Made by a program: the position numbers and the translations under genes
Notes under the pieces: generated by a model
Databases searched by the model: none
The model's input: the letters and a program-made list of their open reading frames with translations, nothing else
Told to the model about the DNA's origin: nothing
Shown: positions 8,224 through 17,179 of the stretch, in pieces
Layout: every line of letters begins with the position of its first letter
Numbering within the stretch: position 1 is the stretch's first letter
IMG/VR virus record: IMGVR_UViG_3300032268_000759
Location: 64,001-128,000 of that record
Strand: one strand, 5' to 3'
DNA from: an uncultured virus (IMG/VR IMGVR_UViG_3300032268_000759)
Taxonomy: Duplodnaviria > Heunggongvirae > Uroviricota > Caudoviricetes
DNA: 64,000 nucleotides

Positions 8224-8772
8224 ATGAAGATTAAAATTGAATATATTATTATAGTCCTACTTGTAGCAGCTTTGCTGCTACAATGGACTTGTTCTGGTTC
8301 TAAAGTAGAAGGTGTTACCACAACAACAACAGAAATTAAGTGGGACACTATTAAAACTGAAGTACCTAAATATGTTCCTCGGTGGAGTACACGCACTGAA
8401 ATAGATATCGACACCTTCACCACACCAATAGATACTCTCGCTATACTTACAGATTATTACGCTATATATGGTTATTCTGATACTGTAGGTACTGATAGTG
8501 TTCAAATAGTAATACATGATACAGTGTCAACAAATAAAATAGTTTCACGTAGTATAAAATACAATATTATGTATCCTACTATTACTATTACAAAAGAAAC
8601 AGTTATAAACAAACCACAGTTCTTTTATGGCATTGGTTTAGGTACTAAATCAATAGGTCCAGAAGTGTTATATAAATCAAAAAAGAACCATGCATATGGA
8701 TTAGGTATAGGTGTAAACAGTGATTTACAACCTAACTTTTCCTTCAGAATGTATTGGTCAATAGGTAAATGA
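8224..8772 (+). CDS. Membrane-anchored exported protein (possible spanin-like lysis accessory)
   Basis: N-terminal hydrophobic helix, Thr-rich stalk with five D-(S/T)-(I/L/V) motifs, C-terminal amphipathic beta strands. Confidence 0.5.
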   Translation: MKIKIEYIIIVLLVAALLLQWTCSGSKVEGVTTTTTEIKWDTIKTEVPKYVPRWSTRTEIDIDTFTTPIDTLAILTDYYAIYGYSDTVGTDSVQIVIHDTVSTNKIVSRSIKYNIMYPTITITKETVINKPQFFYGIGLGTKSIGPEVLYKSKKNHAYGLGIGVNSDLQPNFSFRMYWSIGK

Positions 8773-10346
8773 GTCAAGATATAAAACAAATCATCAGGCA
8801 AGAATACCTGAATTGTGCCAGTGACCCTGCACATTTCATGCGTAAATATTGTAATATACAGCATCCACAACGTGGTCGTGTTATATTTAATTTATACCCA
8901 TTTCAAGGTAAGGTATTAAATCTATGGAAAGAAAATCCATACTCTATTATCTTAAAATCAAGACAGTTAGGTATTTCTACTTTAGCTGCAGGATATTCTT
9001 TATGGTTAATGTTATTCCATAAAGATAAAAACGTATTATGTTTAGCTACAAAACAAGAAACAGCTAAAAATATGGTTACAAAGGTAAAGTTTATGTATGA
9101 AAACTTACCTTCATGGTTAAAAGTAACAGCTGAAGAAAATAATAAATTAACACTTAGATTAACTAATGGCTCCCAAATTAAAGCAGTATCGGCAGCAGGT
9201 GATGCAGGTCGTTCAGAAGCTGTATCATTACTTATTGTTGATGAGGCAGCATTTATTGATAATATAGGTGAGATTTGGGCTTCTGCTCAACAAACCTTAG
9301 CAACTGGTGGTGGTGCAATAGTATTATCTACTCCATATGGTACAGGTAATTGGTTTCATCAAACTTGGGTTAAAGCTGAATCTAATGAAAATCAATTTCT
9401 TCCTATTAAATTACCATGGTATGTACATCCTGAACGTAATGAAGAATGGAGAAAAATGCAAGATGAGTTATTAGGTGATCCTAGATTAGCAGCGCAAGAA
9501 TGTGATTGTGATTTTAGTACATCTGGTGATGTTGTATTTTATCCTGAGTTTATAGAATTTTATGACCAAACATATATCCAAGAACCACTTGAAAGAAGAG
9601 GAGTAGATAAAAATTTATGGGTATGGGAACCGGCTGATTGGGGTCGTTCATATATGGTTGTAGCTGACGTTGCTAGAGGTGACTCAAAAGATTACTCAGC
9701 ATTCCATGTGATTGATATAGAATCTAATACACAAGTAGCAGAATATAAAGGTCAATTAAGTACAACTGAATTTGGACATTTACTAGTAGGTATAGCTACT
9801 GAATATGCTGAGGCATTATTGGTAGTAGAAAATGCAAACATAGGTTGGTCAACATTACAAACAATATTGGAACGAGGATACAGAAATCTATATTTTTCAT
9901 CTAAAAGTGATAAAGCAGATTCTTCTACGTATTTTGATAAGTATGCAGATAATAGTAATATGACAGCTGGATTTACAAATTCATTAAAAACCAGACCAAT
10001 GGTGATTAATAAATTTAGAGAATATGTAAGTGAAAAAAGTATTATTATTAGATCAAGACGTTTACTTGAAGAAATGAAAGTGTTCATTTGGAAAAATGGT
10101 AGAGCAGAAGCTCAATCAGGCTATAATGATGATTTGGTTATGAGTATGGGTATTGGAATGTATGTTCGTGATACTGCATTAAGATTTAATCAAAATAGTG
10201 TAGATTTAACTAAAGCTGTAATAAATAACTTTACAAAATCAACATTCAACGCTGGGGCATATTCAAGTAATACCTCATATTCTCCAACAGCAGATTGGAA
10301 TATGGATGTGAACGGACAAAAAGAAGACATTAAATGGTTACTATAA
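8769..10346 (+). CDS. terL: Terminase large subunit (T4 gp17-like)
   Basis: LYPFQ, KSRQLGIS Walker A, LLIVDEAA Walker B, STPYG, nuclease DVARG..D and NDDLVM. Confidence 0.95.
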   Translation: MSQDIKQIIRQEYLNCASDPAHFMRKYCNIQHPQRGRVIFNLYPFQGKVLNLWKENPYSIILKSRQLGISTLAAGYSLWLMLFHKDKNVLCLATKQETAKNMVTKVKFMYENLPSWLKVTAEENNKLTLRLTNGSQIKAVSAAGDAGRSEAVSLLIVDEAAFIDNIGEIWASAQQTLATGGGAIVLSTPYGTGNWFHQTWVKAESNENQFLPIKLPWYVHPERNEEWRKMQDELLGDPRLAAQECDCDFSTSGDVVFYPEFIEFYDQTYIQEPLERRGVDKNLWVWEPADWGRSYMVVADVARGDSKDYSAFHVIDIESNTQVAEYKGQLSTTEFGHLLVGIATEYAEALLVVENANIGWSTLQTILERGYRNLYFSSKSDKADSSTYFDKYADNSNMTAGFTNSLKTRPMVINKFREYVSEKSIIIRSRRLLEEMKVFIWKNGRAEAQSGYNDDLVMSMGIGMYVRDTALRFNQNSVDLTKAVINNFTKSTFNAGAYSSNTSYSPTADWNMDVNGQKEDIKWLL

Positions 10347-10359
10347 TATATTTATAAAC

Positions 10360-12240
10360 ATGGCAGATACCAACATATTTAATAGATTAAGACGATTATT
10401 TTCAACAGATGTTATCATTAGAAACACTGGAGGAAACGAATTACGAGTAGTGGATGTGAACGCTATTCAAAAATCAGGTGAAATAGAAACTAACTCATTA
10501 TTAGATAGATTCAATAGGATATATACAACAAGTCCTACCTCACTATATGGTTACCAACAAAACTTTAACTACCAAACACTACGTACTCAGTTATATTCAG
10601 AGTATGATGTTATGGATGGTGATGCTATTATTGCTTCAGCATTAGATATTATAGCAGATGAATCTACACTTAAAAATGAACAAGGTGAAGTACTTCATAT
10701 TAGATCAAGTGATGAAGATGTTCAAAAAATACTATATAATTTATTCTATGATGTATTAAATATAGAATTTAATTTATGGTCATGGATTCGCCAAATGTGT
10801 AAATATGGTGATTTCTTCTTAAAATTAGAAATAGCAGAAAAGTTTGGTGTATATAATGTTATACCATACTCTGCTTATCATATTGAAAGACAAGAACTAT
10901 ATGACCGTGAAAATCCATCATCAGTAAGATTTAGATTTGATCCAGAAGGTTTATCAGCGGGTGATTATGGTTACTATAACATGCCTGGTTCAAACCAAGG
11001 TAATTCTATTTATTTTGATAACTATGAAATAGCACATTTTCGCCTAATATCAGATACCAACTTTTTACCATATGGTAGAAGTTATATTGAGCCAGCTCGT
11101 AAGTTATTTAAACAATATGCATTAATGGAAGACGCGATGTTAATTCATCGTATTGTTCGCGCTCCTGAAAAACGTGTATTTTATATTAATGTAGGTGGAA
11201 TTGCACCAGCAGAAGTTGAAGCGTTCATGCAAAAAACTGTTAATACCATGAAACGTACTCCATATATGGATCCTAAAACTGGTGATTATAACTTAAAATA
11301 TAACATGCAAAACATGTTAGAAGATTTTTATATTCCAGTTCGTGGTAATGATCAAGCAACAAAAATTGATACTACTAAAGGATTAGATTATGATGGTATT
11401 AAAGACGTTGAATATTTACGTGATAAATTATTTGCTGCTTTAAAAGTACCAAAAGCGTTTATGGGTTATGAAAAAGACTTAACTGGTAAAGCAACTTTAG
11501 CAGCAGAGGATATTAGATTTGCTCGTACAATTGAGCGTATTCAACGTATCATATTATCAGAATTATATAAAATAGGATTAGTACATTTATATACTCAAGG
11601 TTATACTGAAGAGTCATTAACTAACTTTGAATTAAACTTAACAACTCCATCAATCATATATGATCAAGAACGTATTGCATTAATGAAAGAAAAAGTTGAA
11701 TTAGCTAATACTATAATGGAAGCACAATTATTACCATCAGATTGGGTTTATGATAATATATTCCACTTTAGTGATGATCAATATTCAGAATATAGAGATT
11801 TAATTCGTGAAGATGCTAAACGTAACTTTAGATTAACACAGATTAAAGAAGAAGGTAATGATCCATTAGAAACAGGTAAATCATATGGTACACCACACGA
11901 TTTAGCTTATTTATATGGTAATACTAAAACTCACGGGACTGTACCTGATGGGTATGATGAAAAAACACCACTAGGTCGTCCTAAAGAAAAAGCAAGTAGT
12001 ATAAACACACAAGACAATCCATTAGGAAGAGATAGATTAGGTGTTAATGATATGAAAGTTGATGACCAACCAACAGCAGGCCGTACAGCATTTAAAGGAG
12101 GATCAGCATTAGCTTTAGAAAATAACAAAACTGAATTTCATAAAAATAAAATTGTGTTAGAAGGTTTAAAAAAGAAATTAGTATTTGAAAATGATAAGGC
12201 AGCAGGTACATATCTAGATGAAAATCTACTTAAAGATTAA
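10360..12240 (+). CDS. Portal protein (T4 gp20-like)
   Basis: LMEDAMLIHRIVRAPEKRVFYINVG, EDFYIP.RG, ALKVPK; follows terminase. Confidence 0.95.
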   Translation: MADTNIFNRLRRLFSTDVIIRNTGGNELRVVDVNAIQKSGEIETNSLLDRFNRIYTTSPTSLYGYQQNFNYQTLRTQLYSEYDVMDGDAIIASALDIIADESTLKNEQGEVLHIRSSDEDVQKILYNLFYDVLNIEFNLWSWIRQMCKYGDFFLKLEIAEKFGVYNVIPYSAYHIERQELYDRENPSSVRFRFDPEGLSAGDYGYYNMPGSNQGNSIYFDNYEIAHFRLISDTNFLPYGRSYIEPARKLFKQYALMEDAMLIHRIVRAPEKRVFYINVGGIAPAEVEAFMQKTVNTMKRTPYMDPKTGDYNLKYNMQNMLEDFYIPVRGNDQATKIDTTKGLDYDGIKDVEYLRDKLFAALKVPKAFMGYEKDLTGKATLAAEDIRFARTIERIQRIILSELYKIGLVHLYTQGYTEESLTNFELNLTTPSIIYDQERIALMKEKVELANTIMEAQLLPSDWVYDNIFHFSDDQYSEYRDLIREDAKRNFRLTQIKEEGNDPLETGKSYGTPHDLAYLYGNTKTHGTVPDGYDEKTPLGRPKEKASSINTQDNPLGRDRLGVNDMKVDDQPTAGRTAFKGGSALALENNKTEFHKNKIVLEGLKKKLVFENDKAAGTYLDENLLKD

Positions 12241-12277
12241 TATTTTTTATATATTTATAACAAAACTTACTTATTAA

Positions 12278-13135
12278 ATGAGTATTATCAAACATAATAA
12301 ATTCAAAAACTCAGGTATATTATTTGAATTGTTAGTTAGACAAATAACTAATGATACATTATCTGGGAAAGAATCTCCGGCTATTGATATTCTTAAAAAT
12401 AGCTTTGTTAAGTCAGAGTTAGGAAAAGAATATAAATTATATGAGACATTATTTAAGCAAACACAAATCAGCGAAACTAAAGCTAATATTATCATTGAAG
12501 AAGTATTAAAAGCATCTAAAAAACTTAATAGATCATCATTAAAAAGAGATAAATATAATCTAATTAATGAGATTAAAAAACATTATGATTTAGAAGAATT
12601 TTTTAAACATAAACTACCTAATTATAAATCTCAAGCTGCTCTATATACATTGATTGAAGTATATAATAATCAAGAAACAGTAAATCCTAATCAAGTTATA
12701 TCTAATAAAATTACATTATTAGAATCATTAACTAAACTCCCAGTTAAAGAAAAAGAGATTAGAGAAGATGTATTAAATGAATTTAAAACTTATGATAAAG
12801 ATTTACGTTTATTAACATACCAGGTATTATTAGAAAAATTTAATAATAAATATGGTTCATTAAATGATAATCAAAAATTAATATTACGTGAATTTATAAA
12901 TGCTGTTGATAATCCATCACGCTTAAAAGATTTCTACAACCAAAAAATAGTTGAAGTTAAAACTCAATTAACTAAGTCAATAGAAAAAATTAATGATAAA
13001 GTAACTCAGATTAAATTAACTGAAGTGTTATCATTAATTAATGAAGTAGATAAAACCTCTAAAGTGTCTAATGATGATGTAATTAATTTATTACAATATT
13101 ATTCATTAGTTGAAGAATTAAAGGCAGTAAAATAA
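12278..13135 (+). CDS. Head-module protein, function unknown
   Basis: 285-aa helical ORF between portal and protease. Confidence 0.7.
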   Translation: MSIIKHNKFKNSGILFELLVRQITNDTLSGKESPAIDILKNSFVKSELGKEYKLYETLFKQTQISETKANIIIEEVLKASKKLNRSSLKRDKYNLINEIKKHYDLEEFFKHKLPNYKSQAALYTLIEVYNNQETVNPNQVISNKITLLESLTKLPVKEKEIREDVLNEFKTYDKDLRLLTYQVLLEKFNNKYGSLNDNQKLILREFINAVDNPSRLKDFYNQKIVEVKTQLTKSIEKINDKVTQIKLTEVLSLINEVDKTSKVSNDDVINLLQYYSLVEELKAVK

Positions 13136-13767
13136 TGGATAGACTAAAAAACGCAGTTAAAAAGGTATTAAAAGAAATGTCTATGACTGGTGGTGGAACA
13201 GCAGGTGCTGCTTTCTCTCCTGGTGTAGGTATGAATTATGCTACTCCTAAAGCATTTAAAAAGAAAAAACTTAAAGAGGTTAGTGGCTATAAAGGAATTG
13301 ATGGCTCATTTGATACAGCTCTTCAATGGATTTGGTTTTTTGGTGGTAAAGAATTACTACAAAATAAATTAGAAATTTATAGTACAAGCCAAAACTACTT
13401 TAGATTTAAAAAAGCTATGGAAAATGGTAAAATTACTATCCAAGACTTAGATAAAGCTACAAAAGGAGAACATGGACAAACCGGTGGTATACCTTTTTCA
13501 CAAACAGCAGTTTGGACACAAGATATAAAACCATACTTAGATAGAGTTAAACAAGATAAAATTAATGATTTAAATATTGATTTAGAAGAAACTAAAACTC
13601 CATACGGTACAGGTAACTTAGGCCCAGGCCCAAAAGCAACAGAACAAGGTGTTAAAGATAATTACTATGTTAAAGCATTTGGTTTTAAACTTGTTGACAG
13701 AAAAAAATTAGCAAAAGCATCTAAAACAATAGATTATAAAGATCTATGGGGTGCTACATATAAATAA
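13135..13767 (+). CDS. Putative head-internal protein carrying a major-capsid N-arm-like peptide
   Basis: TGGGTAGAAFSPGVG versus capsid TGAGTAGAAFTAGVG. Confidence 0.6.
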   Translation: MDRLKNAVKKVLKEMSMTGGGTAGAAFSPGVGMNYATPKAFKKKKLKEVSGYKGIDGSFDTALQWIWFFGGKELLQNKLEIYSTSQNYFRFKKAMENGKITIQDLDKATKGEHGQTGGIPFSQTAVWTQDIKPYLDRVKQDKINDLNIDLEETKTPYGTGNLGPGPKATEQGVKDNYYVKAFGFKLVDRKKLAKASKTIDYKDLWGATYK

Positions 13768-13792
13768 TATTTATTGATATAATATAAAAACA

Positions 13793-15241
13793 ATGACACT
13801 TCAAGAACAATACAATCTAATTAAAGAAGGTAAAGGTGCTAAAGATGTATTTACAAAACATGCTAAAGCTTTATTTCCTCATTTAATTCCAAATCATTTT
13901 GGATTTGATAATACATCTCAAATCTTAACTCAACGTGGAATAATCTCAGAAAATCTTTGGGGTATAGCTACAGGTAATAATCAACAACCAGACTGGTTTA
14001 AAATATTTAATGAAGCTCAAGAAACTAATGTTAAAGCTGATGAAAAGAAACCATCTAAAGAAGTAGATGTATATAAAGATAAGTCATATCATAATCAATA
14101 TGAAGCTGAAACTGGTGATGATGTAATATTTGATCAATATCTAAGAGGTATTCAATTAGAAACAACTAATCCTAAAAATGCAGATAAAACTGTTGATGAA
14201 CTTAAAAAAATGGTATTAAAAAATCTTAAAAAAGATAAATTATACTACACTAAAAATGCTGCCTTTGGAATTGAAGGTATTGGCTACACAGATGAAGCAC
14301 CAGGTTTAGGTAAAACTAAAGAAGTAAAAGGTAAATATGCTTCATCGGGTATGGAACCAGTTAAAATAAAGGAATCATATGATTATGAAACACAAGCTGA
14401 TTTGACAGCAATGGCTAAAGATAGCGATATGTTGAAAGATGATCCTAAAGTAAAAAAAGCTGCGGAATTTATAGGAATGAATGCATCTGATGTTGATATG
14501 ATTGGTATATTAACAAACGCATATGTTAAAAAATATAATATTACTGACTCAGATCTAATATCTCATATAATAGATCAAGCATATAATATTTTTAAATCTA
14601 GATTTTCAAAAACAAATGAAGGTATTGGAATGTTTATGGATCCTATAGGATACGATAAAGGTTCTAAATCTCAAATGGAAAAAGCTCGTGATATATTAAA
14701 AGACGCAGGATTATCTAAGGAAGAAATAGAAACATTTATTAGTAATAATATGTTTAAAAAAGGAAGATTAGATGATTTAGCTCAAGAATTTATCAAAAGT
14801 AATTTAGAAGAATCAGAATTACGTTCAATACTTCGTCAAATTATTAAAGAAGAACTTAACTTAAAAGAAATTGATCAAATTGGTGAAGAAGCTTCAAAAA
14901 TGGCTAAAATTAAAAAAGTTAGTGATGAGATAACTAAACGTAAGAAAAAACTTAAAGCGTTAGAAACCTTAAAAGAACTTGAAGATGACTCAATCAACCC
15001 AGGTAAAATAAAAGAACTATATGGTGACGTTAAGAAACTGGAGAAGATGAAAGAAAAACTTGAGAAAAAAGGTAAGAAAAAAGAAAAAACAGAATTAGTT
15101 GATGAAGTAGTGGTGGTGAGTGATAAAACAACTCCTGAAGAAGTATCTTCAATAGTTAAAACAGGTGATACAACCATGGATGCTATAAAAGCTGCTGTAA
15201 TGCAAGCTAAAAAAACAAAACAACCAGTAACCGTATCATAA
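13793..15241 (+). CDS. Modular putative prohead core/internal protein
   Basis: 482 aa; many (I/L/F)-x-E sites; adjacent to the protease. Confidence 0.6.
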   Translation: MTLQEQYNLIKEGKGAKDVFTKHAKALFPHLIPNHFGFDNTSQILTQRGIISENLWGIATGNNQQPDWFKIFNEAQETNVKADEKKPSKEVDVYKDKSYHNQYEAETGDDVIFDQYLRGIQLETTNPKNADKTVDELKKMVLKNLKKDKLYYTKNAAFGIEGIGYTDEAPGLGKTKEVKGKYASSGMEPVKIKESYDYETQADLTAMAKDSDMLKDDPKVKKAAEFIGMNASDVDMIGILTNAYVKKYNITDSDLISHIIDQAYNIFKSRFSKTNEGIGMFMDPIGYDKGSKSQMEKARDILKDAGLSKEEIETFISNNMFKKGRLDDLAQEFIKSNLEESELRSILRQIIKEELNLKEIDQIGEEASKMAKIKKVSDEITKRKKKLKALETLKELEDDSINPGKIKELYGDVKKLEKMKEKLEKKGKKKEKTELVDEVVVVSDKTTPEEVSSIVKTGDTTMDAIKAAVMQAKKTKQPVTVS

Positions 15242-15242
15242 A

Positions 15243-15857
15243 ATGAAGCAGGTATTAATAGAAACCCAATTATTTCAAATATCTCCTAAACAATTAAGTG
15301 AAGGAGTTAAATCAACATCAGGTAATCCTATTGTTGAAGGAATATTAGCTACAGCTGAAGTAAAAAACGGTAATGGACGCTATTATAAAAGAGAATTATG
15401 GGAACGTGAAATAGACAAATACCTATCTAGTGTTAAAGAAAATAGAGCACTTGGTGAATTAGACCACCCAGAATCATCGATAATCAACCTTAAAAACGTG
15501 TCTCATAATATTAGAGGCTTATGGTGGGATGGTGATAAGGTAATGGGTAAAATCGAAATACTTCCAACTCCTTCAGGTAACATATTAAAAGCATTAATTG
15601 AAAACAACATTACTGTAGGTGTTTCATCACGTGGTATGGGTAGTTTAAAACAATTAGGTGAAACAATGGAAGTACAAGATGACTTTGAATTGTTATGCTG
15701 GGATTTTGTTTCAACTCCATCAAATCCAGGTTCATGGATGAAACCAATTAATGGAATGATGAATGAAGGATTAATATCAACATTAAATCCATATGCTAAA
15801 GTAAATTCTGTTATTACAGAAATATTATGTGCTAATGGATCTTGTCCAATATTTTAA
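15243..15857 (+). CDS. Prohead protease (T4 gp21-like)
   Basis: NGNGRYY, ALGELDHP, GVSSRGMGS, WDFVSTPS. Confidence 0.93.
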   Translation: MKQVLIETQLFQISPKQLSEGVKSTSGNPIVEGILATAEVKNGNGRYYKRELWEREIDKYLSSVKENRALGELDHPESSIINLKNVSHNIRGLWWDGDKVMGKIEILPTPSGNILKALIENNITVGVSSRGMGSLKQLGETMEVQDDFELLCWDFVSTPSNPGSWMKPINGMMNEGLISTLNPYAKVNSVITEILCANGSCPIF

Positions 15858-15883
15858 CCACTCTATCAATAGTATTGTTAGAC

Positions 15884-15918
15884 AGATGCCTCCTCTAAAA
15901 AAGGAGGCATTTCTTTTG
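15884..15918 (+). terminator. Intrinsic terminator
   Basis: ATGCCTCCT/AGGAGGCAT stem followed by TTCTTTTG. Confidence 0.8.
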
Positions 15919-15954
15919 TGTTTTTAAGCTCTTCATATATATGTATATGTGAAT

Positions 15955-16026
15955 ATGCCGTTCCTATTCCACTTATACGGTATCAATTTCAAATATAATC
16001 CCATTGCGCTACAGTAATTAAGCGTA
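15955..16026 (+). promoter_or_regulatory. Two-hairpin 5' leader of the scaffold-capsid operon
   Basis: ATGCCGT/ACGGTAT and TGCGCT/AGCGTA stems downstream of the ATATGTAT variant at 15939. Confidence 0.4.
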
Positions 16027-16054
16027 TTTCCAAAAAACAATTTAGGACAAAATT

Positions 16055-17152
16055 ATGACAAACAGAGATTTGTTAAAAGAGGCTATTGCCGATGCTAAAG
16101 CTATCAAGGATACTGCTATAGCAAACGCTAAATCTGCTTTAGAAGAATCTTTTACACCTCATTTGAAGTCTATGTTAGCTGCTAAAATCAATGAAATGGA
16201 CAACTTCTATGAAGAAGATGATACCATGGAAGAAGTAGAAACAGACTTAAATGAAATGAAAGATGAAGATGAAATGGATGAAGTAAAAAAAGAAACTTAT
16301 TCAGAAGCAACCGAAGAAATGGATGAAGAAATCAATTTAGACGAATTGCTAGCTGAGTTAGAATTAGAAGAAACTGTAACTGAAGCTAAAGAAGAAATGG
16401 AAGCTGAAGAAACAGAAGAAGAAGGTGAAGAAGAAGAAGGTGAAGAAGAAATTGATCTTGAAAACATGTCAGAAGAAGATTTGAAAAACTTTATTGAAAA
16501 CGTAATTGAAGATATGATCACAGATGGCGAAATTGAAGCTGGTGATGGTATGGAAGGCGAAGAAGAAGTTGAAGATGAAACTGAAGAAGAAATCAATATT
16601 GATGAAATCTTAGCTGAACTAAAAAGTGAAAAAGTTGAAGAAGAAATGAGTGCTGTAATGGGTGCTTCTGCAACTGCTGGATTAGCTGAACTAGCTAAAA
16701 TGTTTAAAAAAGGGCTTATTTCTCTTAATGACTTTTTAGAAAAAGTAGCAGCTGCATCAGCTCCAGGCTTTTCTAAAGGTATGAATGAAGAAGAAAAAAT
16801 GAAAGACGAGTTAAAAGAAGCATATGCAGTAGTAAAAACTTTACACTCAGAACTTAATGAAATCAATTTATTAAACGCTAAATTACTTTACACTAATAAG
16901 ATTTTCAAATCGAAAAACTTAACTGAAACTCAGAAAGTAAAAGTATTAACAGCATTTGATAAAGCTACTTCTAAAAAAGAAGCACAATTAGTTTATGAAA
17001 CTTTATTAGGAGGATTAAAATCAGAAACTAAATCTCCAATTAAAGAAAATTTAGGTAGAGCATCTAAATCAGCAGGTGTTTCCGTTAAAAATCCTATTGT
17101 AGAATCAAATGAAATGGTCAATAGATTCCAAAAATTAGCTGGTATTATTTAA
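16055..17152 (+). CDS. Prohead core scaffolding protein (T4 gp22-like role)
   Basis: Very acidic, helical, located between protease and major capsid genes; ends RFQKLAGII. Confidence 0.8.
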   Translation: MTNRDLLKEAIADAKAIKDTAIANAKSALEESFTPHLKSMLAAKINEMDNFYEEDDTMEEVETDLNEMKDEDEMDEVKKETYSEATEEMDEEINLDELLAELELEETVTEAKEEMEAEETEEEGEEEEGEEEIDLENMSEEDLKNFIENVIEDMITDGEIEAGDGMEGEEEVEDETEEEINIDEILAELKSEKVEEEMSAVMGASATAGLAELAKMFKKGLISLNDFLEKVAAASAPGFSKGMNEEEKMKDELKEAYAVVKTLHSELNEINLLNAKLLYTNKIFKSKNLTETQKVKVLTAFDKATSKKEAQLVYETLLGGLKSETKSPIKENLGRASKSAGVSVKNPIVESNEMVNRFQKLAGII

Positions 17153-17179
17153 TAACAAAAACAATTAAGATTAAAAAAA

